From positions 1 to 10,419 of the forward strand of contig JAYVCD010000265.1 in the NCBI GenBank assembly GCA_043750125.1: a DNA stretch of 10,419 nucleotides, read 5' to 3'. The notes below the pieces were generated by a model, which had not been told where the DNA came from, made no database searches, and saw only the letters and a program-made list of their open reading frames with translations. Positions 1 through 7,209 of this stretch are shown here, one piece after another. Positions within the stretch are counted from its first letter, which is position 1, and the number at the start of each line of letters is the position of its first letter. The stretch is from Archangiaceae bacterium. Its GTDB lineage: Bacteria; Myxococcota; Myxococcia; Myxococcales; Myxococcaceae. Position numbers and translations under genes: made by a program.

Positions 1-1702
1 GCGCGGCCACCCGACCGGCCACCAGCGAGTGGCCTCCCAACTGAAAAAAGTCGTCCTCGATTCCTACCAGGGGCTGTTTGAGCTCTTCCTGCCAGATGCG
101 AACAAGCGCCTGCTCGATGGGGGTGCGCGGGCCGACATAGTGGGCAAACGCGAGAGCCGGGTCCGGAAGCGGAAGCGCCCTTCGATCGACCTTGCCATTG
201 GCCGTCAGGGGCATCGCTTCCAGAACCACGATGCCCGCGGGCACCATGTACTCGGGCAACTGCGTCCTCAAGTGATCACGAAGCGTGGTGGGGACGATTG
301 TCTGGCTCCTCTTCGGCACGACGTACGCGAGCAGCCCCCGGGCCCCGGAAGGTTCTTCGCGCACCACGACCACGGCCTCGCCTACCTCGGGCGACTCGAG
401 GATCCGCGCTTGAATCTCTCCCAGCTCGACACGGAAGCCCCGCACCTTGACCTGCTCATCCCGTCGGCCCAGGTAGATCAGAGCCCCATCTTCACGCTGC
501 CGGACCCAATCTCCCGACCGATAAAGCCGGGCGCCCGGGACCGTCGCGGAGAAAGGATCGGGAATGAACATCTCGGCGGTCAGCTCAGGCCTCTGCAGGT
601 ACCCCCGGGCCAGGCCAGGGCCACCGATGTAGAGTTCTCCATCCTGAAGGCGGGCGACCGGTTGAAGGTGACCATCGAGAACGTAGAGCTGGGTATTGGA
701 GATGGGATGCCCGATGGGAAGCAACAGCGCGTCCTCGGGGACGGAAACCATCTGAAAGGTTGAAGCGAACGTCGTTGCCTCGGTGGGGCCGTAGACGTTG
801 ATCAATTTTTCGGGGGCCCCTTCCTTGAGAACGGTGCGAATGGTGCTGGCGTCACACGCTTCTCCTCCAAAGAGCACCTGCTTGAGCCCGCCGAAGATCG
901 AAGGACGCTCACGCACCAGATGGTTGAAGAGCGCGGTGGTGAGAAGCACGGTGTTGATGCCATGCCGCTGGATCTCACGTGCGAAGTCCGGCGCGCTCAG
1001 CGCGTCTTCGCGGCTCACGCCCACCAGGCGGGCGCCGTTGAGCAACGCCCCCCAAACCTCGAATGTCACCGCGTCGAAAGAAAGATTGTTCAGCTGGGCC
1101 ACGGTGTCGGCCGCCGTGAGTCGGATGTAATTGGTGTTGAGGACCAGCCGCACGATTCCCTGGTGGGTCACTCCAATTGCTTTTGGGCGGCCGGTCGAAC
1201 CCGAGGTGAACAACACGTAGGCGAGATTCAAACAGTGGCTTGCACCGTCGAGATTGAGGTCGTCGCTTTCGGAGGTCGGGCTCTCAACCGCGAGCAGCAC
1301 AATCTTCAGCAAGGAAGCCGGAGCGAATCGTCGCTCGAGAGCAGGCTGCAGCAGCAACACCTTCGCGCCCGAGCCTTCGAGCATCAGGTCGAGGACATGT
1401 TGCGGGTGGGTCGGATCCAACGGCAGGTACGCGCTGCCTGCTTTGAGGATCGCGAGCATGCAGATGATCGAGTCGACGGATCGCTGCACTGCGAATGCGA
1501 TCGGCTGATCGCGCACCCCGCAGTGAGCTTGAATCTTCCGCGCCAGTCGGTTCGCGCGGCGATTGAGCTCGCGGTAGGTCAGCTCGACATCTCCGAACCA
1601 GACTGCGCGGGCGTCGGGGTGCGCGCTTGCCTGATGTTCGAACAAGGCATGAACGGGGGTGTCGGGAATCGGCGACCGGGTCTGATTCCACTCGTGGCTC
1701 AT
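1..1702 (-). CDS. Non-ribosomal peptide synthetase, N-terminal adenylation + thiolation (A-T) module; 3' end runs off the window
   Basis: Manual translation from ATG at 1702 (MSHEWNQTRSPIPDTPVHALFEHQA...) is open to the window edge. A-domain motifs: A1 LTYRELNRRAN, A2 LKAGSAYLPLD, A3 AYVLFTSGSTGRPK, A4 SFDAVTFE, A5 NVYGPTE, A6 GELYIGGPGLARGYL, A7 YRSGD, A8 GRRDEQVKVRGFRVELGEI, A9 LPEYMVP, A10 NGKVDR. PCP motif DDFFQLGGHSL, with the phosphopantetheine Ser codon at 26-28. ATG lies 1 nt after the upstream TGA (1704-1706). Confidence 0.97.
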   Translation of the reverse strand, partial: MSHEWNQTRSPIPDTPVHALFEHQASAHPDARAVWFGDVELTYRELNRRANRLARKIQAHCGVRDQPIAFAVQRSVDSIICMLAILKAGSAYLPLDPTHPQHVLDLMLEGSGAKVLLLQPALERRFAPASLLKIVLLAVESPTSESDDLNLDGASHCLNLAYVLFTSGSTGRPKAIGVTHQGIVRLVLNTNYIRLTAADTVAQLNNLSFDAVTFEVWGALLNGARLVGVSREDALSAPDFAREIQRHGINTVLLTTALFNHLVRERPSIFGGLKQVLFGGEACDASTIRTVLKEGAPEKLINVYGPTEATTFASTFQMVSVPEDALLLPIGHPISNTQLYVLDGHLQPVARLQDGELYIGGPGLARGYLQRPELTAEMFIPDPFSATVPGARLYRSGDWVRQREDGALIYLGRRDEQVKVRGFRVELGEIQARILESPEVGEAVVVVREEPSGARGLLAYVVPKRSQTIVPTTLRDHLRTQLPEYMVPAGIVVLEAMPLTANGKVDRRALPLPDPALAFAHYVGPRTPIEQALVRIWQEELKQPLVGIEDDFFQLGGHSLVAGRVAA

Positions 1703-1703
1703 G

Positions 1704-2867
1704 TCAGTCGTGAATTGCCTCCACCACTCGCAAACGAAGGACATAGACGAACGGAAGCAGTCCACCCACCAACCCGATCAACAACGAAACCGCCGCGGCT
1801 GCGAGCGCGACCCTACCGCTGATGATCAGATTATAGACGAGGGGCATCTGCTCGTCTCCCACCCCCAGACCTGCCCCCAGGCTGCCAATGCTCAACGACC
1901 TGCCGGCGAAGGGGATCATCAGCGCGACGCCGACCCCCCCTCCTGCCAGCGCAAGCCAAACACTTTCCATCACAATCAACAGTCCGACGCGGCCGCGCTG
2001 AAAACCGATTGCCAGCAGGGTTGCCAGCTCGCGAACACGACCGAGGAACAACGTGTACATCGCCGCGCTGCAAGCGGCGATCGCGCCCAGGATCACAACG
2101 ACCAACATCAACAGCACTGCCTTGAAGAGCGGCTCGAGCCCTTCGGACAGCCGATGGTAGTACTGGGTTTCGGTGACTGCGGTGAGCCGCTGATCTGCGA
2201 TGGCGTGGACCGCGGCGGCGAAGGCGGGAAATTGATCGGCCGAGCTCAAACGGACCACGACCGCGGTGGGCTTGATTCGGTGCCGCTCAGTCATCAGCGC
2301 CTGGCGGTCGGCCCACAGCTCTGAACCAAACTTCGACCCGGGGGCCACCAGCGTGCCCACCACCGGCCATGATTTTCGCCCGATCAGAACATTGTCCCCG
2401 GGCAGGAGAGCAAACCTGTCCAATTGACGATCGCCGGCAAGGACGCCGGAATTCGATTGCCCGTCTGGAAGGCCGCCACGGGCCTCAACGCGGTGGACGA
2501 GGTACGCAGCCGGGTCGACGCCGCGCAAGGTCAGAGTCCCCAGGTGGCCGTCGACCGTCCTCAGGCTGAGCAGGGTGACGTATTCGACTGAGATCAGCTG
2601 TTGTCCCTCGCTGCTGGAAACCCCCGGAGCGATCTTGATCTTGGCGAGCGCCGGAAGATCGATCGCGCTTTCAGACTCAACGCTGGCGCCTTCGGAAAGC
2701 ACGATCACGTTGTCGGGGATTCCGCTGTTCAAGATCGTCGCGTACAGGCCCTCGAGAATTCCGAGGAGCCCGGTGACCATGGCGATCGTCGCCATGATTG
2801 CGAGCGCAGTCGGCACCGATGAGCTTCGGTGAAGCAGCAGGTTGCGCAGGGTGTAGCGGAAGAGCAT
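1704..2867 (-). CDS. ABC transporter permease, FtsX/MacB-like (second of pair)
   Basis: N-terminal 'YTLRNLL' then one TM, a large extracytoplasmic domain (GIPDNVIVLSEGASVESES), and a C-terminal FtsX-type three-TM block with RVRELATLLAIGF. Start moved from 2900 to ATG 2867 (MLFRY), 1 nt after the upstream stop at 2869-2871. Confidence 0.9.
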   Translation of the reverse strand: MLFRYTLRNLLLHRSSSVPTALAIMATIAMVTGLLGILEGLYATILNSGIPDNVIVLSEGASVESESAIDLPALAKIKIAPGVSSSEGQQLISVEYVTLLSLRTVDGHLGTLTLRGVDPAAYLVHRVEARGGLPDGQSNSGVLAGDRQLDRFALLPGDNVLIGRKSWPVVGTLVAPGSKFGSELWADRQALMTERHRIKPTAVVVRLSSADQFPAFAAAVHAIADQRLTAVTETQYYHRLSEGLEPLFKAVLLMLVVVILGAIAACSAAMYTLFLGRVRELATLLAIGFQRGRVGLLIVMESVWLALAGGGVGVALMIPFAGRSLSIGSLGAGLGVGDEQMPLVYNLIISGRVALAAAAVSLLIGLVGGLLPFVYVLRLRVVEAIHD

Positions 2868-2868
2868 T

Positions 2869-3999
2869 TCAGCGGCCCTCGGCGAGGACTGCCGCCACAT
2901 TTTGGCGAGACGCCAGCAGCGCGGGGTAGAACCCCACAGCCGCGCCGACGAGCACCGAGACAGCCACCCCGATCAGACAAGCCGAAACGCCGATCGTGAC
3001 CTCGCGCAGGGGCCCCGGCCCCATGGCAATTCCATCGCGATGATAAAGAATCAGAAGGCCGAACGACCCAAGCATGCCGCCCGTGGCACAGAGGGCGACC
3101 GACTCGAGGACGACGAGGCGAACCACGTTCATCCGGTTGAAGCCGAGCACACGCAAGGTCGCAAGCTCTGTCCGCCGTTCGCGCAGCGAGACGATCAGGG
3201 TACTGAGGATGATCATCGTGGTCACGATGACCACCACGATTCCGAGGTTGGCCAGAAGGCGAGGGACTGTTGCGGCCTTTCCAATCTGCGACGACATCAG
3301 CTCACGAAAGGGCACTGTGATGGTCGGCTCAGGGGTGCTTTTGAAGAGCTGGTCGATGTCCCCCGCCAACTGGCCAGGGTCCGAGGCGACCGGGGCATCG
3401 ACCCAGATTGATCCCAGACCCAATTCCTGGCCGTTCCGTCGGGCGAGCGCTTCGACATATTCGTAGTGAATGAGGACGTTGCCCGGCGAGTACCCCGTGG
3501 CGACCCCAGAGACTTGCGCGCCGATGTCCCCCAATGGGGTCTTGAGGGTGATCGGGCTGCCGACCTTCCAGTTCATCTTCTCGAGCGTCTGGAACCCGAC
3601 GATCACGCCATCGCGCTGTTCTCGCCAACGTTTTGCTACGTCGGAAGGCACGGAGAACCAGCTGGGTTGCACGTGATCCGGGTAGCCAGAACTCGCCATG
3701 ACCAGCCCGTAACGGTAGTTCGCCCCGTCAGAAACGGGGATCAAGTTGATCCACGCAAGGACGTTGGCTTTGGGTAACTGCCTGAGCTTGACAAGGTGGG
3801 AATACGGCAGGTCGGCATCTTCTTCAGAGGCCACCACCACCAGGTAATCTCGGTCACCGGCGACCAGTGCAGCGATTCGGGTGTTGACCGCAACGGTGAG
3901 TGTCAGAGTGCCGCTGGCCAGGGTCATCAACACGACCATCATCGCGTTGCGAAAAGCGCGGTGCTTCATTCCCATTCCGATGAGCCCAAACGACGTCAT
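2869..3999 (-). CDS. ABC transporter permease, FtsX/MacB-like (first of pair)
   Basis: 376 aa. TM1, periplasmic core with 'GVIVGFQTLEKMNWKVGSPITL', and FtsX signature 'SLRERRTELATLRVLGF...VVLES' followed by TMs. Start overlaps the MATE stop (ATGA, 3996-3999). Confidence 0.92.
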   Translation of the reverse strand: MTSFGLIGMGMKHRAFRNAMMVVLMTLASGTLTLTVAVNTRIAALVAGDRDYLVVVASEEDADLPYSHLVKLRQLPKANVLAWINLIPVSDGANYRYGLVMASSGYPDHVQPSWFSVPSDVAKRWREQRDGVIVGFQTLEKMNWKVGSPITLKTPLGDIGAQVSGVATGYSPGNVLIHYEYVEALARRNGQELGLGSIWVDAPVASDPGQLAGDIDQLFKSTPEPTITVPFRELMSSQIGKAATVPRLLANLGIVVVIVTTMIILSTLIVSLRERRTELATLRVLGFNRMNVVRLVVLESVALCATGGMLGSFGLLILYHRDGIAMGPGPLREVTIGVSACLIGVAVSVLVGAAVGFYPALLASRQNVAAVLAEGR

Positions 4000-5366
4000 G
4001 GGACTTCACCTGCTGTCTGAAACGCTTTGCGGAAGGTGGTTGGGAATATCAGCATCAGGGCGCCGGCCGTGCCCAGCTGCGCGACGGCAAAGCCAATCGC
4101 CGCGGCTTTCAGCGGCGCGAGACCGACCGAATAGGCGACCCCTACTCCAAGGCCTTGAAAAACGACCATTGCCAGGCCCGCCCGCGTTGAGGTTCCAAGC
4201 GCCATGGAACTGGTCGCGAGCACCTGCCAGACCCCGATTCCGATCGCACTCCAGCGCATCAGCAACAGGGCTTCCATTGCAGCGTCAATCACAGCGAGGT
4301 CGTTCGAGAAGAGCCTGAACAGGGGTCGGGCGAGGGGCACCGCCGCGATCAATGCAGCCGCAATCACGAAATTGGTCAGCAGGGCACGAGCAATTGACAT
4401 CCGGGCGCGGGCAGGGCGAGCGGCGCCCCTGCTCTGGCCCACGACGATCGCGTTGGCCGCGGCTACGCCCATCGTCGCCAACGGAGCAACGAACAGCACG
4501 TCGATGCACAAGCCATAGCCTGCGGTTTCGATCTTCCCGGCCCGGGCCACCAGGTGGACCAGGCCGATTTGAGCTGCGAACGATGCGACCCGCCCCAACT
4601 GGATCGGGGCACCAATGCCCAGAAGCTGCAACCAGAGCGCGGGGTCGATGACGCGCGCGCCGACCGGCCAGTCGCCCAGGCCCATCTCGCGCCGGCTGCG
4701 CACAATCGTGAAGGCCAGGGACACGTCGAGAATGACCGCGGCGATGAGGACGGCCCACGGTGCTGCTGCGACGCCCAGACCAAAGATCTGGATCAAGATC
4801 GGCATTAGCGTCGCCATCAAACACAAATCGAAAAGGACGCGAAACATCGCGAGCCGGGTCCGACCGGCGCAGAGCGCGGTCTCGAGCAGAATTTCGGCGA
4901 TGCCCAGCACTGGCAGCGAGAGAAAGAAAGGCACCAGATAGCTGCGGAACATCGGAACCAGATCCGATTCGCCGGACAGAAGATGAACCAGGGGCTCCAA
5001 CGCCAACAACCCACACCCCGCCAGAGCCAGACTGGCAATCAGCTTGAGCACCAGGGACGCCCCGACCAACCGCAGGCCCTGCCCGTCGGCATTGCCGATG
5101 GACTGCGAGATCAAAGAGCCGTGCCCCTGGGTGATTGCGGCCAGGAGCCAGGCCAGGAGCAGCTCGACGGGGACCCAGACCGCCAGCACTGCGAGCCCGT
5201 CTTTGCCGACGAACCGGCCGACCCAGAGCGCGGTGATCAGCACTACCCCGTTCGTCAATTGGTTGCTGACGATCATCGGCCAGGCCAGTCGCAACAGGGT
5301 TCCTGTCACTGCCCCGTCGAGAACCGGATTGACTCTCGTTTGTTGAGTAGGGCCAGTCTGGGTCAA
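3996..5366 (-). CDS. MATE-family (MOP superfamily) transporter
   Basis: 456 aa, about 12 hydrophobic segments in two repeats. MATE-like motifs 'LLRLAWPMI...WVGRFVGKDGLA', 'LISQSIGN', 'FGLGVAAA', 'LLGIGAP', 'VVGQSRGA', 'LFRLFSND'. TTG start with a purine-rich GAGAAAG upstream; the exact start is uncertain. Confidence 0.88.
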   Translation of the reverse strand: MTQTGPTQQTRVNPVLDGAVTGTLLRLAWPMIVSNQLTNGVVLITALWVGRFVGKDGLAVLAVWVPVELLLAWLLAAITQGHGSLISQSIGNADGQGLRLVGASLVLKLIASLALAGCGLLALEPLVHLLSGESDLVPMFRSYLVPFFLSLPVLGIAEILLETALCAGRTRLAMFRVLFDLCLMATLMPILIQIFGLGVAAAPWAVLIAAVILDVSLAFTIVRSRREMGLGDWPVGARVIDPALWLQLLGIGAPIQLGRVASFAAQIGLVHLVARAGKIETAGYGLCIDVLFVAPLATMGVAAANAIVVGQSRGAARPARARMSIARALLTNFVIAAALIAAVPLARPLFRLFSNDLAVIDAAMEALLLMRWSAIGIGVWQVLATSSMALGTSTRAGLAMVVFQGLGVGVAYSVGLAPLKAAAIGFAVAQLGTAGALMLIFPTTFRKAFQTAGEVP

Positions 5367-5417
5367 GGGACTTTCTCTGCGACGCTTACAAGGGTTTGCG
5401 AGCAGGCGCGCGGATTG

Positions 5418-5445
5418 AAAGTACCAGAGCCGGAAGATCGGTCAA
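5418..5445 (-). promoter_or_regulatory. Putative sigma70-type promoter for the MATE-permease-permease-NRPS operon
   Basis: Minus strand reads TTGACC (5445-5440), 16-nt spacer, then TACTTT (5423-5418) preceded by TGn (extended -10), about 50 bp upstream of the MATE start. Confidence 0.55.
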
Positions 5446-5463
5446 TCTTCGAACCGTCGGTTC
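5433..5463. promoter_or_regulatory. Two adjacent inverted repeats, candidate operator(s)
   Basis: GAAGAT-N6-ATCTTC (5433-5450) straddles the putative -35. GAACCG-T-CGGTTC (5451-5463) abuts it. Confidence 0.4.
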
Positions 5464-5513
5464 CTCACGGCGCGGGCGACGGACTTCGCCGCTCTTGGGG
5501 ACGGCACGACGGC

Positions 5514-6452
5514 TCAACGGGGGGGTGACAGTCTCGTGGGCAGATCGATCGAGGGCGGAAGCGCCGCTGCATTGCGCACGGCGGACTTTTTTCCGCTCAC
5601 CATCACGACCGTCGCGGCGACGATCAGAACGGTGGCGACCAGGGTGTGGCCTTGCAGCTTCTCGGCTCCCAGCGCGGCGCCGAATAGGACGGCGATCGCC
5701 GGGTTGACGTACGCGTAGCTCATCGCCACGGCGGGCCGGGCGGTTCGCAACAGGTAGTTGTAGGCAGAGAACGCGATCAGCGAACCAAAGACAATCAGGT
5801 AGGTTAGGGACGCTACCGACTTGAACGAGGGGTGGGCCGGAAACCGCTCGCCGCTGACGAGGCCCACGACCAGAAGAACGCTTCCACCGGTGACCATCTG
5901 CGTTCCGGCCGCCATCAACCCCTTCGGGAGCGGCAGTCGACGCGACAACAACGAGCCGAGCGCCCAGCCGATGGGCGCCAACATCAGCACCATGCTCGAA
6001 GTCAGGTCGGCCCGCAGCTCGGTGCCGGTGCTGAGGATGACGACTCCCGCCAGGCCGAGCGCCATCGAGACCCACTCGCGCGAGGTCGTGCGCTCCCCGA
6101 ACAAGGAGCCCATCGCGGCCGCCCATAACGGCATCGTGGCGCAGACGACGGCTGCAATGCCGGACGAGATTTTCTGCTCGGCGATCGCCACCAGCCCGTT
6201 GCCGACTAGAAAGAACAGCGCGCCCACCGGGGCCGACAGCAGCCATTGCTTTGCAGTGGGCAACGGCGCGCGACCCAACCGCAGCACCGACACCAAGATG
6301 ATGCCGGCGGTCGAGTACCGCATCCCGGCCATCAACAGCGGCGGAATCCCTTCCACCGCAAAACGCATCACCAGGAACGTGGAGCCCCACACCACGCAGA
6401 CGATGAAGAGGGCGAAGATCGTGCGGCGGTCGAGCGAAGAGGTCGGCACCAT
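5514..6452 (-). CDS. yedA: EamA/DMT-family drug/metabolite exporter, YedA-like
   Basis: Two EamA repeats with YedA-type motifs 'VVWGSTFL', 'PPLLMAGMRY', 'GNGLVAIAEQ.ISSGIAA', 'YLIVFGSLIAFSAYNYLL', 'SYAYVNPAIAVLFG'. Likely start is ATG 6452 (MVPTSS) rather than TTG 6515. Confidence 0.9.
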   Translation of the reverse strand: MVPTSSLDRRTIFALFIVCVVWGSTFLVMRFAVEGIPPLLMAGMRYSTAGIILVSVLRLGRAPLPTAKQWLLSAPVGALFFLVGNGLVAIAEQKISSGIAAVVCATMPLWAAAMGSLFGERTTSREWVSMALGLAGVVILSTGTELRADLTSSMVLMLAPIGWALGSLLSRRLPLPKGLMAAGTQMVTGGSVLLVVGLVSGERFPAHPSFKSVASLTYLIVFGSLIAFSAYNYLLRTARPAVAMSYAYVNPAIAVLFGAALGAEKLQGHTLVATVLIVAATVVMVSGKKSAVRNAAALPPSIDLPTRLSPPR

Positions 6453-6528
6453 GAGGTGCGCAATCTCACGGCTTCGTTCCCCAATTGCCAGTCCACCGCA
6501 GGTGACGCCCGACAAGCACAGTTAGCTA

Positions 6529-6931
6529 CAGCTTGTCCGGAAAATCCGGGTGATTTCCGAGCGCAAGCGCCGCCGAGCTTTGTTGCGCGGTGAAATCCCG
6601 CAGCAAGATCGATCGCTTCCGTGGGGGGGGCGACAATCGCCGAGGCCTCTGGCACCTGCCCCCCCGTGTCTTCAGAGGAGAATCGACATGAGCAGGAAAC
6701 CACGTGGCGGCAGCCGTCAGCCCGAGCTGTTCCCCCGTTCGAAGCGTCCGACCATTCCCATCGAGGAAAATCATCGACTGGTGGAATTGGCCGACAGCCT
6801 GGACTGGACCGAGATGGAAGCGCGGGCGGAATTGATTCGGGCCAGCAAGCTGAAGAACGCCGCGGGCCGTCCGCCGCATCTGCGGGCGTTGCTCGGTGCG
6901 ATGGTACTCAGGGCGACCCGGTACATGCCTG
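6529..6931 (+). mobile_element. Truncated IS5-like element (about 403 bp)
   Basis: Begins CAGCTTGTCCGG and ends CCGGTACATGCCTG (reverse complement CAGGCATGTACCGG, an imperfect match to the left end). Flanks are ...CTA| and |TAG.... Contains only a transposase N-terminus. Confidence 0.55.
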
Positions 6932-6996
6932 TAGTTGGAGTCTGGGTCGCAACCGACTCGAAGGCCGTCGAGGTTCCGACCCAAACATCGACCTGA
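6688..6996 (+). pseudogene. Transposase N-terminal fragment (IS5/IS1182-type, DUF772-like); no DDE domain
   Basis: Strong RBS GAGGAG (6675-6680) before ATG 6688. MSRKPRGGSRQPELF...HRLVELADSLDWTEME...AGRPPHLRALLGAMVL resembles the 'H.L..LA..IDW...GRP...R.L.G...L' N-terminal pattern of IS5-family transposases. Resemblance appears to end near 6930, and the frame stops at 6996. Confidence 0.72.
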
Positions 6997-7209
6997 TCGA
7001 AGACGACGCGTACGGAGAGCGGGTGTTCGACTCACGCGGGAACCCGGGTGAGCGCTCCAGCGGGCGGGTTTGTCCTTTGGGTCGAATTGCCTCAGGCCAG
7101 ACGCAGCGCAGGAGAACAGCACGAACGCCTCGATCGAGGCGGGGTGGCGGCATTATTGTGAGCTTGCCTTCGAGGGAATGTTGGTCCACCCAATGCACTT
7201 AAAAGCGAC

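Noticed and set aside
29..1822. Long + strand ORFs 29-763, 798-1130 and 920-1822
   Set aside because: Antisense shadows of the NRPS gene; all A and T motifs are on the minus strand.
2868..2900. N-terminal extension MWRQSSPRAAE of the second permease
   Set aside because: It overlaps the upstream gene. ATG 2867 sits 1 nt after the upstream stop and gives a typical permease N-terminus.
5386..6525. ORFs 5386-6390 (-, 334 aa) and 5821-6525 (+, 234 aa)
   Set aside because: Alternate-frame and antisense shadows of the EamA gene, with no recognisable motifs.
6935..7050. Peptide DLIEDDAYGERVFDSRGNP faintly resembling an RHS/YD repeat
   Set aside because: One short, weak resemblance with no start, repeats or RHS core motif.
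6526..7202. ORFs 6526-7122 (-), 6621-7202 (+) and 6908-7198 (-)
   Set aside because: They cross the IS junction, are low-complexity and show no family motif. Only the 6688 frame has an RBS and transposase-like sequence.
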